This document shows, in pieces, positions 1 to 11,170 of a stretch of DNA of 64,000 nucleotides (position 1 is its first letter; the number at the start of each line of letters is the position of its first letter). A model generated the notes under the pieces. That model saw only the letters and a program-made list of their open reading frames with translations. It did not search any database and was not told the origin of the DNA. Location of the stretch: positions 1 through 64,000 of the forward strand of contig CAUYUJ010000315.1 in the NCBI GenBank assembly GCA_963575745.1, given 5' to 3'. Origin of the DNA: Prorocentrum cordatum (lineage: Eukaryota). Made by a program: the position numbers and the translations under genes.

Positions 1-940
1 CTTCCTCCTCCTCGTCCTCCTCCTCCTCCTCCTCCTCCTCCTCGCTCCTCGCTCCTCCTCGCTCCTCCTCGCTCCTCCCTCCTCGTCCCCCCCGCCTCGT
101 CCCCCTCTCATCGTCCCCCTCCCCCCCCAGGAGCAGCGGGGGGCTGTCTGCGCGCAGCCCGCAGCCTCAGCAGGCCGAGAGGCCAGGCGCGCACTCGGAG
201 CGGCTCCGGGCCTCGCAGGCGTTCGCTCCGGGCTTGCAGGTCGTGCAGGGGACCGGCGGGCAGCAGGGGCGGAGCAGGAGCCTCGAGAAGCCCCCTCCTC
301 CTCCTCCTCTCCTCCTCCTCCTCCTGCTCCTCCTCCGCCTCCTCTCCGCCTCCTCCTCTCCTCCCCTCACTCCTCTCCCTCCTCCGCCTCCTCCTCCTCA
401 CTTGCCTCCTCCTCCTCCTCCTCCTCTTCCTCCTCCTCCTCCTCCTCCTCCTCCTCCTCCTCCTCCTCTCCATCCTCCTCCTCCCCCTCCCCCTCCTCCT
501 CCTTCTCCGCCTCCTCCTCCTCTCCTCCTCCCTCCTCCTCCTCCTTCCTCCCCCTCCTCCCTCCTCCTCTTCCTCCCCTGCCTCCTCCTCCTCCTCCTCC
601 TCCTTCTCCTGCTCCTGCTCCTCCTCCTCCTCTCTCCTTCTCCTCCGCCGCCCTCCTCCTCCTCCTCCTTCTCCTCCTCCTCGTCCTCGTCCTCGTCCTC
701 TTTCCTCTCCCCTCGTCCTCGGCCTCCTCCTCCTCCTCCTCCGCCTCCTCCTCCTCCTGGTCCTCTCCTTCTCCTTCTTCTTCTCCTCCTTCCTCCTCCT
801 CCTCCTCCTCCTCCTCAAAAAAACTCCTCCTCCTCCTCCTCCTCCCTCCCTCCCTCCCCTCCCTCCCTCCCTCCCTCCCTCCCTCCCTCCCTCCCTCCCT
901 CCCTCCCTCCCTCCCTCCCTCCTCCCACCTCCCTCCTCGC
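1..940. repeat. (CCT)n / (CCCT)n imperfect microsatellite mosaic
   Basis: Directly visible CCT triplets, with CCCT tetramers at ~843-920. Similar CCT/GAG tracts recur across the window (e.g. 2295-2660, 3538-3880, 4554-5085, 22560-23215, 42045-42700, 47625-47880, 49210-49675, 58994-59670). Confidence 0.95.
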
Positions 941-2684
941 TCTCTGCACGCCCAGACACGTCGGTAGGGCTGGCCAGGCGTTCCGCCCGAGATTCTCTCA
1001 CAGCTTATGACCATGGAGCTTGACATTCTCAAAAACTCCACTGATGGAGGGCGGGTGGCTTTGGGAGTGTTGCGCCTGAGCGCCGTGCACCTTCGCCTTG
1101 AAAGCTTCCAACAACTACGCCGACGGAGGTGAAGTCACAATGGTGTCCGCGCTTGAGCGACATGCACAACATTCGCTTACTTTTCGAAATGTGGCAATCG
1201 CCTGGGTTCGCTTAAGCCTGAATGCCAGTTGTATGGCCATGAATAGCTATCTGCCGACCCCCGCTTGCCAGGGGCGACAGTGTGTGCGTGTGTGCATGTG
1301 TGCGTGTGTGTTTGCGTGTTTGCGTGTTTGTGCTGTGTGTGTTGTCTGTGTGTAAGTGTGCGTTAAACATTTGGTTGTGCCCTCCCCCCTTCCCCCTTCC
1401 CTGGTGTGCACAATTCAGCTTGGAGGGGGAGGCTCGTCAACGCAACTCCACTCCAAATCCACCCTCCGTGGCCAGCGGCCACTGGCCGCTAAGATGCACA
1501 GGCTGCCTTCTCAGAAGGCTCTAGTAGGGGGCCACGTGCGAACCCTACCCCTACCCCCCACGATTTCTGAGGGGGAGGGTGGGGTTCACTTCGCTCGGGA
1601 GCTTCCCACGGGGGCCCCAAGGGGACCTCCAAGAGGGCCTCAAGAGGCTAACAATGAGTTGTTGTGCAGTGCTTGCTTGATGTTCGCGTTCTTGCCGTTT
1701 CGAGCTTCTGGAAATACCAGACGCCTCGAAAAAAGGCACCCCCAAACGGGCCCTAGACGGCCCAAGTGGCCCCGAATAGGACCGGGGACGGCCCAAGAAT
1801 GGCCCCAAGAGAAAAACAAATAATGCATCAAAAATGTCCCGAGGGGAGCCCCAGAGGGGAACGCGCAGAGACCCCAAGAGCCTCCCCCACAAGATGGCCT
1901 CAGAGACCGTCTAAATGCCCCCAGGAGGCTACTAAGAAGCACCCGAGGGCCACCAAAAGCCTCCATGAGCCCTGAAAAAAAGCTTTAGGAGGCCGCCCCC
2001 AAGGCCTCCACGAGGCCTCCAAGAAGCCCCGCAACAGACGCAGAAGATGACGAGGACAAATCGGCAACAACTACACGCAGGCAGCACGACAGGAAGGCAA
2101 GCAACACATATGACATGCACATGTCCTTTTGCGTGGGGGGTCGGCGAAATTGCGCAGGCCTCTTGAGCAAACTTGTGCAGCAGTTGCACAGGTGGAAGGC
2201 CACTCAGGCAAAACAAGGCTCTCGCTTAACACTTCCCTGACCTTTACAGCCCTGCAGCCTTGCACCTCTTGAAGCTGGACAGATGGAGGGCGCTCCTCGC
2301 TCCTCCTCCTCCTCCTCCTCCTCCTCCTCCTCCTCGTCCTCCTCCTCCTCCTCCTCCTCGTCCTCCTCCTCCTCCTCCTCCGCCTCCTGCGACTCCTGCT
2401 CCTCCTGCTCCTCCTGCTCCTCCTGCTCCTCTTGCTCCTCCTGCTCCTCCTGCTCCTCCTCCTCCTCCTCCTCCTTCTCGCTCTTCCTCGCTCCTCCTCG
2501 CTCCTCCTCCTCCTCCTCCTCCTCCTCCTCTTCCTCCTCCCTCTCCTCCTCCTCCTCTCATCATCTACCTCCTCCTCCTCCTCCTCCTCGTCCTCGTCCT
2601 CGTCCTCATCCTCATCCTCGCCCTCGTCCTCGTCCTCCTCCCCCTCCCCCTCCCCCTGCCCCTCCACAACTACATAACATGAAT

Positions 2685-3537
2685 AATATCCTCCTCTCTC
2701 CCCTGATGACGTCCGAAAGATGTCCGGCCCCCTTCCGCGTATTGTTTTTAACACTGGATTCCCAGGAGATGGGCTTTCGCTGTTCTTTTTCAAAATGTTG
2801 CTCCCGCTGAAGCGCTGGTCTCAGTTCTGCGCCTGCGCCTCTGGTTGTTCCAAATCGCGCTCCCGCTGCAGCGCGGGCGTTTTCGGTCCCTCAAAAGCCC
2901 CCAGAATCTAGAAAATGCCCCCACGAAAAAAACATCGGAAGTGATTCATCAGTCGGTGCCGATGCGTTGATCTCTGGGGCCGCAGAAGCCCCCCCCACAC
3001 ACATACACACACACACACACACCTTGGGGCGTCGTCGCTTTCAGGAAGTATCAAACGGGAGCCCCGTTTCTGCTTTGAGAAGGCGATGTTGAAAGCAGAG
3101 CCAGCGGGTGCTCTTCATCAGCCCCGCCTTGTGTGGAGGTGTTCGGGGAGCCCAAGGAGCTAGACATGGAGCCACGACTCCAAACTGGCCCAGACCTCTC
3201 GAAGACGATCCACTTACCCTCCAAGTGACCAGGCACCATGCCATGACATGCTGTGCGGTGTTGTGTTCTGCGCCGCTGTGCGATGCCATGCTTTGCGTTG
3301 CAATGCTTTGTGATGCAATGCTTCATTGCTCAATGCCACGCCGTACTATGGCATTCTACGCTCTGCTGTGCACTTCTACGCCATGTCATGCCGTGCTCTA
3401 CCATGCATCGCGTACCCTCTCGCGATCATTGCCCTGATCGACATCCCGGTATGCGATAGAGAGGATATCTACCCCAAGTAATGGGAGGGAAAGGCAGGAC
3501 GTCGGGTCAGATATGACGCGAGCGCACCTAGCTTGCC
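2685..3537 (+). repeat. Dispersed repeat family B, copy 1
   Basis: Start (GACGTCCG..GAT.TCCGGCCCCCTTCCGCGTA) and end (CAGATATGACGCGAGCGCACCTAGCTTG) match the reverse complement of 24041-24655. Non-coding, flanked by CCT tracts. Confidence 0.75.
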
Positions 3538-3889
3538 CTCCCCCTCCCCCCTCCCCCTCCCCCTCCTCCCTCTCCCCTCCTCCTCCTCCTCCTCCTCTCC
3601 TCCTCCTCCCTCCTCCCCTCCTCCTTCTCCTCCTCCTCCTCCTCCTCCTCCTCGCTCCTCCTCCTCGCTCCTCCTCCCTCCTCCTTCCTCCTCCTCCTCT
3701 CCTCCTCCTCCTCCCTTCCTCATCCCTTCATCCTCCTCGCTCCGCCTCCTCCTCCTCCGCCTCCTCCTCCTCGCTCCTCTTGCTCCTTCTTGCTCTTCCT
3801 CGCTCCTCCTCGCTCCTCCTCTCCCGCCTTGCTCTCCCTCCCCCTTCTCCTCCCTCTCCCCCTCCCCCTCCTCCTCCTTTTGTTCTCCG

Positions 3890-4266
3890 TATCATTCTTC
3901 TTATGATTATAATTCTTCTCCTTATTAACATTATTAGTGTTATTATGTCAAGTATGATTCGTATTCTTATCTCATCATGATTATGATTATTATGATTAGT
4001 ATTAGGTTTATTACTATTATTTTTACTATTGTTATAATGATAATAATAATTATTATTATTAGTATTATTATTATTACTATTACTAATATTATTAATAATA
4101 ATAATACTATTATTATTGTTATTAATAATAATAATATTAATATTAGTGTTAGTATTACTAGTGTTATTATTATTATTAATAATATCAGTATTATTATTAT
4201 TATTAATAATATTATTATTATTAGTATTATTAGTGGTAGTATTATTATTATCATCATTATTATTAT
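3890..4266. repeat. (ATT/AGT/AAT)n AT-rich triplet microsatellite
   Basis: Visible degenerate ATT run in otherwise GC-rich DNA. Confidence 0.95.
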
Positions 4267-5089
4267 CCTCCTCCTCCTCCTCCTCCTCCTCCTCCTCCTC
4301 CTCCTCCTCCTCCTCCTCCTCCCCCTCCCCCCCGAGGTCGCGGCGCCGCGCGCGCGCCGCTCACAGCTCGATGTCGACGTCCATGGCTCCCGCGAGGTCC
4401 AAGCCGCCCGCGCCCGCGCCGCTCGCGGACGACGCGGCGCCGCTCGGGCTCCCCGCGCCCCCGACGCCGCTCGCGGGCGACCCGGCGCCGCTGGGGCCGC
4501 TCGCGCCCTGGCGGGGAGCGCCGAGACCGCCGGGCGCCCAAGTCGTCGAGCTTGAGGAGGAGCGAGGAGGGAGGAGGGGAATGATGAGGAGGAGGGGGAG
4601 GAGAAGGGGGGAGAAGAGGAGGAGGAGGAGGAGGAGGCGGAGGAGGAGGAGGAGGAGGAGGAGGAGGAGGAGGAGGAGAGGGAGGAGGAGGAGGAGGAGG
4701 AGGAGGAGGAGGAGGAGAGGAGGAGGAGAGGAGGAGGAGGAGGAGGAGGAGGAGGAGGAGGAGGAGGAGAGAGGAGGAGGAGGAGGAGGAGGAGGGGGAG
4801 CAGGGGAAGGAGGGGGAGGAGGAGGAGGAGGAGGAGGGGAGAGGAGGAGGAGGAGGAGGAGGAGGAGGAGCGGAGGAGGTGGGGAGGAGGAGGAGGAGGA
4901 AGAGGAGGAGGAGGAGGAGGAGGAGGAGGAGGAAGAGGAGGAGGGGGAGGAGGAGAGAGGACGAGGGAGGAGGAGGGAGGGGGGGCAGGGGAAGGAGGGG
5001 GGGGAGCAGGAGGAGGAGGAGGAGGAGGAGGAGGAGGAGGAGGAGAAGGGGGAGGAGGAGGAGGAGAAAGTGGAGGCGGAAGAATAAGG

Positions 5090-5960
5090 ACCAATGTAAA
5101 CGCATTACTCATCAACGATGTTTCAATACACCTTCCCTCCAAGCTCCCTCTTCATAGGCCCCAACAAAGGTCCATTCCCACTGAGGGCAATGCCACATTG
5201 GGGGACAACCGTGTGAAAATTCTGAAGGGTGGCCAAAAAACCATTCGCAAGGCTTCAACTTCAAGAGTGAACCTGACTAATGCGTCTTGACGATCCCGAA
5301 CCGTGCCAGAACATCTTTTCTGGGACTTCAACACCGCGAATCAACGTGTACATGTTGGGACCTGGCAACCTGGAATTGTTCCCAAACATAATTTCTGGTA
5401 CGTTGACCATGAGAACAAATAGAACTCTTGCAAATGTTTGAAGCGAATGTGCGCGGCGCCGAGGCGAGAGTCACATGTTGAAAAGGGACCACCCTCAATT
5501 CGTGAAGCTCTTGCAAATGCAGGCGCCAAGGCGAGAGTCACATTTTGAAACCACCCGCCCTCAATCCGCGACACTTTGGCCAAATTTTAGAATTCATGCG
5601 CGCGGCGCTGAAGCAAGAGTTGCATTTAAAAAAACGAACCACCCTCAATCCGTGAAGGTCTCGCACAATGTTCGAAATAATGTTCGCGGCGCTAAAGCGA
5701 GAGCAACGTTTTGAAAACCACCGTTCCCCAATCCGTGAAACTCTTGCAAATTGCATATGTTTGGAGCGGATGTGCGCAGCGCTGAAGCGAAAACCACATT
5801 TTGGAAGCGACCCGCCCTCCAACTGTGAAACTGCTGCAAGCTTTAAGCTTGACGCTCACAACTGGTAAGGAAGTCTCGACCGAAACGCCTGGCCCGCCCT
5901 TGCGACTGGCCTCAGGGTGCGACAGGATGAAATTATTCGTTAAAACGGAAAAGGAATGGA
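5090..5960 (+). repeat. Dispersed repeat family A, copy 1 (unique head plus ~82-bp tandem subunits)
   Basis: Head CTCATCAACGATGTT...CCACTGAGGG is shared with the copies starting at 24670 and 35085. It is followed by units like GCGCGGCGCTGAAGCGAGA..CACATTTTGAAAACCACCCGCCCTCAATCCGTGAA and ends in GGGTGCGACAGG. Confidence 0.85.
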
Positions 5961-6084
5961 GCAGGGAGGAAGGGGAGGAGGGGGAATGGGAATGAGAAGG
6001 AGTACGACGAGGAGTAGGAACAGGAGGGGGAGGGGGATGAGGAGGAGGAGGAGGAGGAGGGAGAGGCCCAGAAGAACCTCAGCT

Positions 6085-7445
6085 GTCGATCGTCGGTCCT
6101 CGATCCTCGAGCCTGGAGCAGCGATCGGTCCCCGATCCTCGAGCCCCGACCCTGGGTCCTTGAGGGTCGAACGACCCTCGATCCTCGAGCCCCAATCCTC
6201 GACCCAGTCTGCACGGCCCCGGGGCCGAGAGAATACCACGCCGCCGCAGCGCTGGGCCCGACCAGGCCCAGGAAGAGCTCGGCCGTCGATCCCCGATCCT
6301 CGAGTCGCGCACGGCCCCTGAGGATCCATCGAGAGCCCCCGACGCTCGATCCCCAGACCCCCGACGTCATGATTTTTTCATGACGCGACCCCCAGAGGTC
6401 CAGACCCATTCCCCGGGACCGGTTTTTCATCCCGAGTCGTTTTTTGACGGTCCCGAGGCCCGGTAAGGGCCCTCAGAGGCCGAAAATAGCGAAAAACCTC
6501 CCGTCCTGATTTTTTTACGACGCCATCATGTCTGGGTCCCCGACTCTCGGTCCTGGAAGATCGGTCCATCCCCGATACCCGATACCCGATCCCCCGATCC
6601 CCGACCCAGTCTTGAGATGGCCCTGGGGCCCGACGTCGGGCTCCAGAGGCCGGGAGGTCTCGATGGGGCCCCAGGACACACAAAGAAAGACACACACAAC
6701 TGAGACTTTTCCCTCATGTCTTCCCGTATGTTCTGGGTGTCTGTCTTGCCCCCCACTTCCCACAAATAAATACACACACACAACCAAAAATATTCCCCAT
6801 CTCTTCCCATATGTTCTGGGCTTCTGTCTTCCCCCCCTCACTTCCCATATCTTCCCAGATGTTCGAGGGAATCGACGATTCATTGTGTCTGTGTGTGTTT
6901 GTTCTCTCCGGAAGGTCGGAGCGGATGAGAGGCCACCGGGGCCGAACACACCACGCCGCCGGGGATCTGGGCCCCGAAAGCTCAGCCAGAAAAAACACCT
7001 CGGCTGTCGATCGTCGAGCTGCGGCCCATCCGTCCTCGGGGATCGATCAGTCTCCGATCCTCGATCCCCGACTCTCGGTCCTCGAGGATCGATCGATCCT
7101 CGATCCTGGATCCCTGCAATCTCGATCCTCGATCCTGAATCGATCGATCCTCGATCGATCCTGGATCCCCGACTCTCGGTCCTCTCGGGGGCCCCCAAAC
7201 GGGGTGGTGACCACACCGTGCGGTGAGTCGGTGGGGATTCGGGGTCGCCGCACGGTTTTGGGACTCGGGTCGTTCTCCGAGGATGTCTCGGGCGATTGGG
7301 GCCTCCGAGGCCCCAAAACCGTGCGGTGACGGACCGTGCGGTGAGGTCTTGGGGGATTTCGAGGTCACCGCACGGTCTGTCACTGCACCGTTTCGGGGCT
7401 CCAAATCCTCGAGGATCGATCGATCCTCGATCCTGGATCCCTGGG
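6085..7445. repeat. GATC/TCGA-rich composite repeat region (CGATCCTCGA motifs) containing a family C segment at ~6350-6540
   Basis: Dense GATCCTCGATC motifs. 6350-6540 is homologous to 20257-20454 and 48274-48440. Confidence 0.7.
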
Positions 7446-7981
7446 ATCTGACAGAACACACCCTGGAACCAGAGAGCTTCCGAAAACTTCCGAACACCTT
7501 GATAAACTTCGGGGGGAACTCGAGACGCTAGCCTGATGTCTTGGCATCCAGCGGCCGTCTGGGACGATCTGGGCAACCGTGCAACCCCTGAACGCTCTCA
7601 GCGAGGTGCAGCCGCTGGAAGGCACCCCGATGCTGGAAAACCGCCGAGAACCGACAAGAACGTCCGAAAACTTCGAACCTGGAACTCGACGGGTCGATCC
7701 TCGATCGAAAAACTGCAACATCGCGAACAAACTGACGACTGGATCCCGGGACCCAATCTCTCTGCTGCCTTTTTCGAGCTGGCCCGATCGGTGGTAGTCC
7801 TGGGGCCCAAACCGGAAGAACGCGCCCAGCGTGAAAAAGATGGAACGCCCCAGGTCTCAGGGCCCCCCTCCTCCTCGCTCCTCGCTCTTCGCTCCTCGCT
7901 CTTCGCTCCTCGCTCCTCCTCCTCCTCCTCCTCAGTCCCCCCCTGCCCCCGTCTCCTCGTCCACCCCCCACCCCTCATCGC

Positions 7982-8046
<65 letters not shown>

Positions 8047-8065
8047 CTCCTCCTCCTCCTCCTCC

Positions 8066-8240
8066 TGCAAAACCCCGAGGAGGGTTCTGCACGGGAGCCT
8101 GGTAACAATGATGATGATCGGTCACCTTTATACTCCCGCACGGCGAAGCAAGTCTCAGTAGCTTCAGCCGTTAAACACTTGAGCCAAAGGCAACAGGGTT
8201 ACTATTCCTCCCCAGTCACCTGAACGCTTGCATGTTAACA
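8066..8240 (-). repeat. 3' LTR of copia element
   Basis: TGCAAAACCCC...CATGTTAACA, 174/175 identical to 18614-18788. Confidence 0.97.
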
Positions 8241-8250
8241 CCCCCCCCCT
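8241..8250 (-). other. Polypurine tract (PPT)
   Basis: CCCCCCCCCT on + reads AGGGGGGGGG on -, immediately upstream of the 3' LTR. Confidence 0.9.
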
Positions 8251-8650
8251 CGGACGCCAGTCCGCACTGGCTGACGGGGAGGTGTCTTCAAACGTAAAGA
8301 CAGGTTAAACCAAGCAACGTGCTGCACACAAATCGTTATATTGCCGAATTCGAAAGATCTCGTGACAACGTTTACGAGCACCACGTTTCTCAGACATGCA
8401 ACATGAGCTCAAGTAAACGTTCTTGCAGTCACAAGTTTAAGCGTAGCATCCAAAGTTTACACGGCAGGCTAGCATTTATATGATTTTGATGGTTTTCGCT
8501 TTTTATTCGCCAATACCTGCAGTAACTACAAAAGATGCACATGCACACAGATTCAGCTCAACAAGCCACTGCAACACGATTGTTAAGCCGAGTTAAGAGG
8601 GGAGATGAGGAAGAGCGTAAAAGAACAGCATGCCGGTCACCAGTCTCCGT

Positions 8651-11083
8651 TTACGAGCGGCGCGGGCGCCTCACTGACGGGGTGCGTGCGCCCCTGGACC
8701 TCGGTAGCCCACGGTGCCCCACACTGGCCGCTGTGTAGGACGACACCCTGTTAAGGGCCTGCATCGGGCTGTAATAGTCGGTGTCCAGGTACGCGTTAAT
8801 CCGCTCCTCGTCGTCGAGCCAGCACCCCTCGTCAAAGCTCTTGATGGACCCGTCAACAATGTTGTGGTAGGTGCCGATGGCCCTCCAGTAACTGGCGTGG
8901 GGAGCCTTCAACAGAGGTCTACCACCTGGATTGTTACGGAGGTGCTCCTCGACCGCAGCGCCGGTAAACGGGTTCACAGTCCAGGTCGGATCGGTAAGCC
9001 AGTTGGGGAAGTCGTCGCACGGTAACCATCCAAACCAGCAGAGCTTCTCACGATGGTCGCTTTTACGCTCGGTGATATGATCAGCAGGCCAATTGTCACG
9101 GTAAAGTGCCCTCATGGACCCCTGATCGTTAAGAGCGACATCTAAGATGGTCTGGTGCCAGTAGACTGGAGGCCTGTTGATGCTGCCCTTTAACTCCTCG
9201 GCGCTCCTGACCTCGAGGTCCTCGATGAAGTAGTTGCGGTAATGCACCTGGAGCCCGTTCATGTAACGGCAATAGAGCTTGGCAAGGTCAGGCGTCGCAA
9301 ACCGAATTACGGTAACTCCAGTCGAGATGTAACCGTGCGGCCCATAAGTGTCTTCCACCAGGTGCTTAACGGAGACCACGGTGGGGTTGCCGTGGGGCAG
9401 CATCCCTGCCCACGTTAAGAGAAGGCCGTTAAGCTGCTTCTCGTTCATCTCCGGCACCTTGTTGACGTACACCTGTGTGTCCGGGCAACTGTGGACGTCA
9501 AACCACGATGGGTGAAGATCGTCAACGTGGAGTGGTGGCACGTATTCGTCGTCAAACAGGGACTGTACGTGCCCAACTGCGTCAGCCCCCCACTCGTCAT
9601 GCTTGGCCAACTCCTTCTCCGTCAACTGAGATCTCCAGCTGCTCGGGCCCTTCAACACGGAGTAGCCGATGAAACCGTAAGCGTGTTGGCCGTTGATGTC
9701 AACGAACACTTCATCGTAGTCGTTAAGCTCCCGCCCCGTGTTGCCTTGAATATACCGACCACCAGGGGTCGTTAACCCCGCCTTCGCCACATGCCCGACG
9801 AAGTTGCCCTCAAACCTGCGCCAGTTGTCGCGCGTCTTCATCGTTAATGCGACTACTTCCCTGGGGTCAGGTTCCGCCTTGTAGTTAACGTCGTGGTCCT
9901 CGCTCCTGTCGTTCAGCATGGGCATGTGGCCGTTGACGTGGTACAGTGGGTGGTACACGGCCCTGGCAACGTTCCGAGAGTATGCCGCAAGCTGGTCGTT
10001 CGTGCGGTTAACAGCTTGAGGCTGCGGTGGCGGTATGTGCTGGGCCGATAACTTCTTGGGCTCCGGAGGCGGGGGCTTCATGCCGCTAACGCTGCTCGAT
10101 GCACTTGACTCGCCAAGCCCCGGAGGAGGCGGCTTGGGCGCCCTCGCGTTCACAACAGGGGCAGGACCTTTTGGTGCTTCGTCACGTTGACTGCTCTGCG
10201 CACGATCTTCCTCCATCTCCATGCCGATCTGCAGTAACTCTTCCAATTCCCGTTTACGCTCATGCATGGCCTTTGGTGCTTTCTTGTAAACAGGTTGCGG
10301 CACCGTTGACTGAGGGATCTTATTCGGCGACATGGACCGACCGAACCCTCCGGTCTTGGGTGTGGTGCCGGTAAGATCCTGAGCCGGGGGCGCGCCCGAG
10401 GCCACGGACTCGGCCGCCGCGGTGACGGCAACGGGTGGCGCCTTGGCGATTGCTGCCGTTGGGGGCAGGTCAGGTAACGGCGGAGGCACCTGCGGGATGA
10501 TGGTAGCCGAGGAACTGATCGGGTCATTCAAGAACCTCTGTAAACCTTCAAGTCTCTCGGTAACTCCCACCAACATGCGTAGTGCCGCATCCCGTTTGCC
10601 CTCGAAGTCCTGCAGGGGCGTGATGTTCTCGGTGAGGCGTCTGGCGGTGTTTAAGAGGTAACCAATGTTCTCGTTGATGCGCCTGTACTTGGTCGCATTC
10701 TCCGTCGTGTTAACCTCCGAGTCACGATTCTTGATGTTCATCTCCGTAATCGTCGCCATCAGAACGTTAATCTCGTCTTGCGCCCCCTTGAGGTTCTCGT
10801 TGACGTCGTCACTGGCGTGGATCAACGCAGCGTTCTGCCGCGTTAAGTCCTCGATCCTCTGCGCCATGTCGTCGGCAGCCCTCTGCGCCTCGTCAACGTG
10901 TTTGTCGTAGGCCCCGTGAAAGTTAATCGCCATGTTAGTGAGGGTCACGGTAAACGCGTGGGCAACGTTGACGATGTCGTCAACACGGCGATTGAGGTTC
11001 TCACGCGTAACCGGTCCATCCCCAGGCGGGCTCTGGTCGACCACGGAGCCGTTGATGGTGAGGTTGACCTGATGAGCCGCCAT
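8651..11083 (-). CDS. Copia accessory ORF3 (~810 aa): N-terminal coiled coil, Pro-rich linker, predicted RRM, Trp-rich C-terminal region
   Basis: Uninterrupted non-repetitive ORF between the pol stop (11171) and the PPT. First ATG at 11083 (the track starts at TTG 11107). RRM-like pattern QVYVNKVP...GVTVIRFATPDLAKLYCRYMNG...LEVRSA at ~9195-9480. The ORF is well supported; the domain calls are inferred. Confidence 0.85.
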   Translation of the reverse strand: MAAHQVNLTINGSVVDQSPPGDGPVTRENLNRRVDDIVNVAHAFTVTLTNMAINFHGAYDKHVDEAQRAADDMAQRIEDLTRQNAALIHASDDVNENLKGAQDEINVLMATITEMNIKNRDSEVNTTENATKYRRINENIGYLLNTARRLTENITPLQDFEGKRDAALRMLVGVTERLEGLQRFLNDPISSSATIIPQVPPPLPDLPPTAAIAKAPPVAVTAAAESVASGAPPAQDLTGTTPKTGGFGRSMSPNKIPQSTVPQPVYKKAPKAMHERKRELEELLQIGMEMEEDRAQSSQRDEAPKGPAPVVNARAPKPPPPGLGESSASSSVSGMKPPPPEPKKLSAQHIPPPQPQAVNRTNDQLAAYSRNVARAVYHPLYHVNGHMPMLNDRSEDHDVNYKAEPDPREVVALTMKTRDNWRRFEGNFVGHVAKAGLTTPGGRYIQGNTGRELNDYDEVFVDINGQHAYGFIGYSVLKGPSSWRSQLTEKELAKHDEWGADAVGHVQSLFDDEYVPPLHVDDLHPSWFDVHSCPDTQVYVNKVPEMNEKQLNGLLLTWAGMLPHGNPTVVSVKHLVEDTYGPHGYISTGVTVIRFATPDLAKLYCRYMNGLQVHYRNYFIEDLEVRSAEELKGSINRPPVYWHQTILDVALNDQGSMRALYRDNWPADHITERKSDHREKLCWFGWLPCDDFPNWLTDPTWTVNPFTGAAVEEHLRNNPGGRPLLKAPHASYWRAIGTYHNIVDGSIKSFDEGCWLDDEERINAYLDTDYYSPMQALNRVSSYTAASVGHRGLPRSRGARTPSVRRPRRS

Positions 11084-11170
11084 GCTTTCGTTCACGCCCA
11101 AGAGCAAGAGGTAATGGGTGGAGAAGGCTTTTATCGAGGCAGCTTGCTTGACAGAAATGAGCTGCGAATG

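Noticed and set aside
2162..2171. TTTGCTCAAG on - as another SL relic
   Set aside because: Short imperfect match with no associated element boundary; expected by chance.
108..5157. Long poly-Pro/Glu/Arg/Gly/Leu/Ile ORFs here and at 18764-26690, 41937-52000 and 58846-61100
   Set aside because: They are translations of stop-free triplet microsatellites, open in several frames on both strands.
7749..7900. ~150-bp direct repeat shared with 19095-19245 as outer LTRs or a giant TSD of the copia element
   Set aside because: Each copy lies a few hundred bp from the true LTR ends and lacks TG..CA/PBS/PPT. It is a local duplication predating the insertion.
8651..11107. Calling ORF3 an env gene
   Set aside because: The position fits, but no signal peptide or transmembrane anchor is visible.
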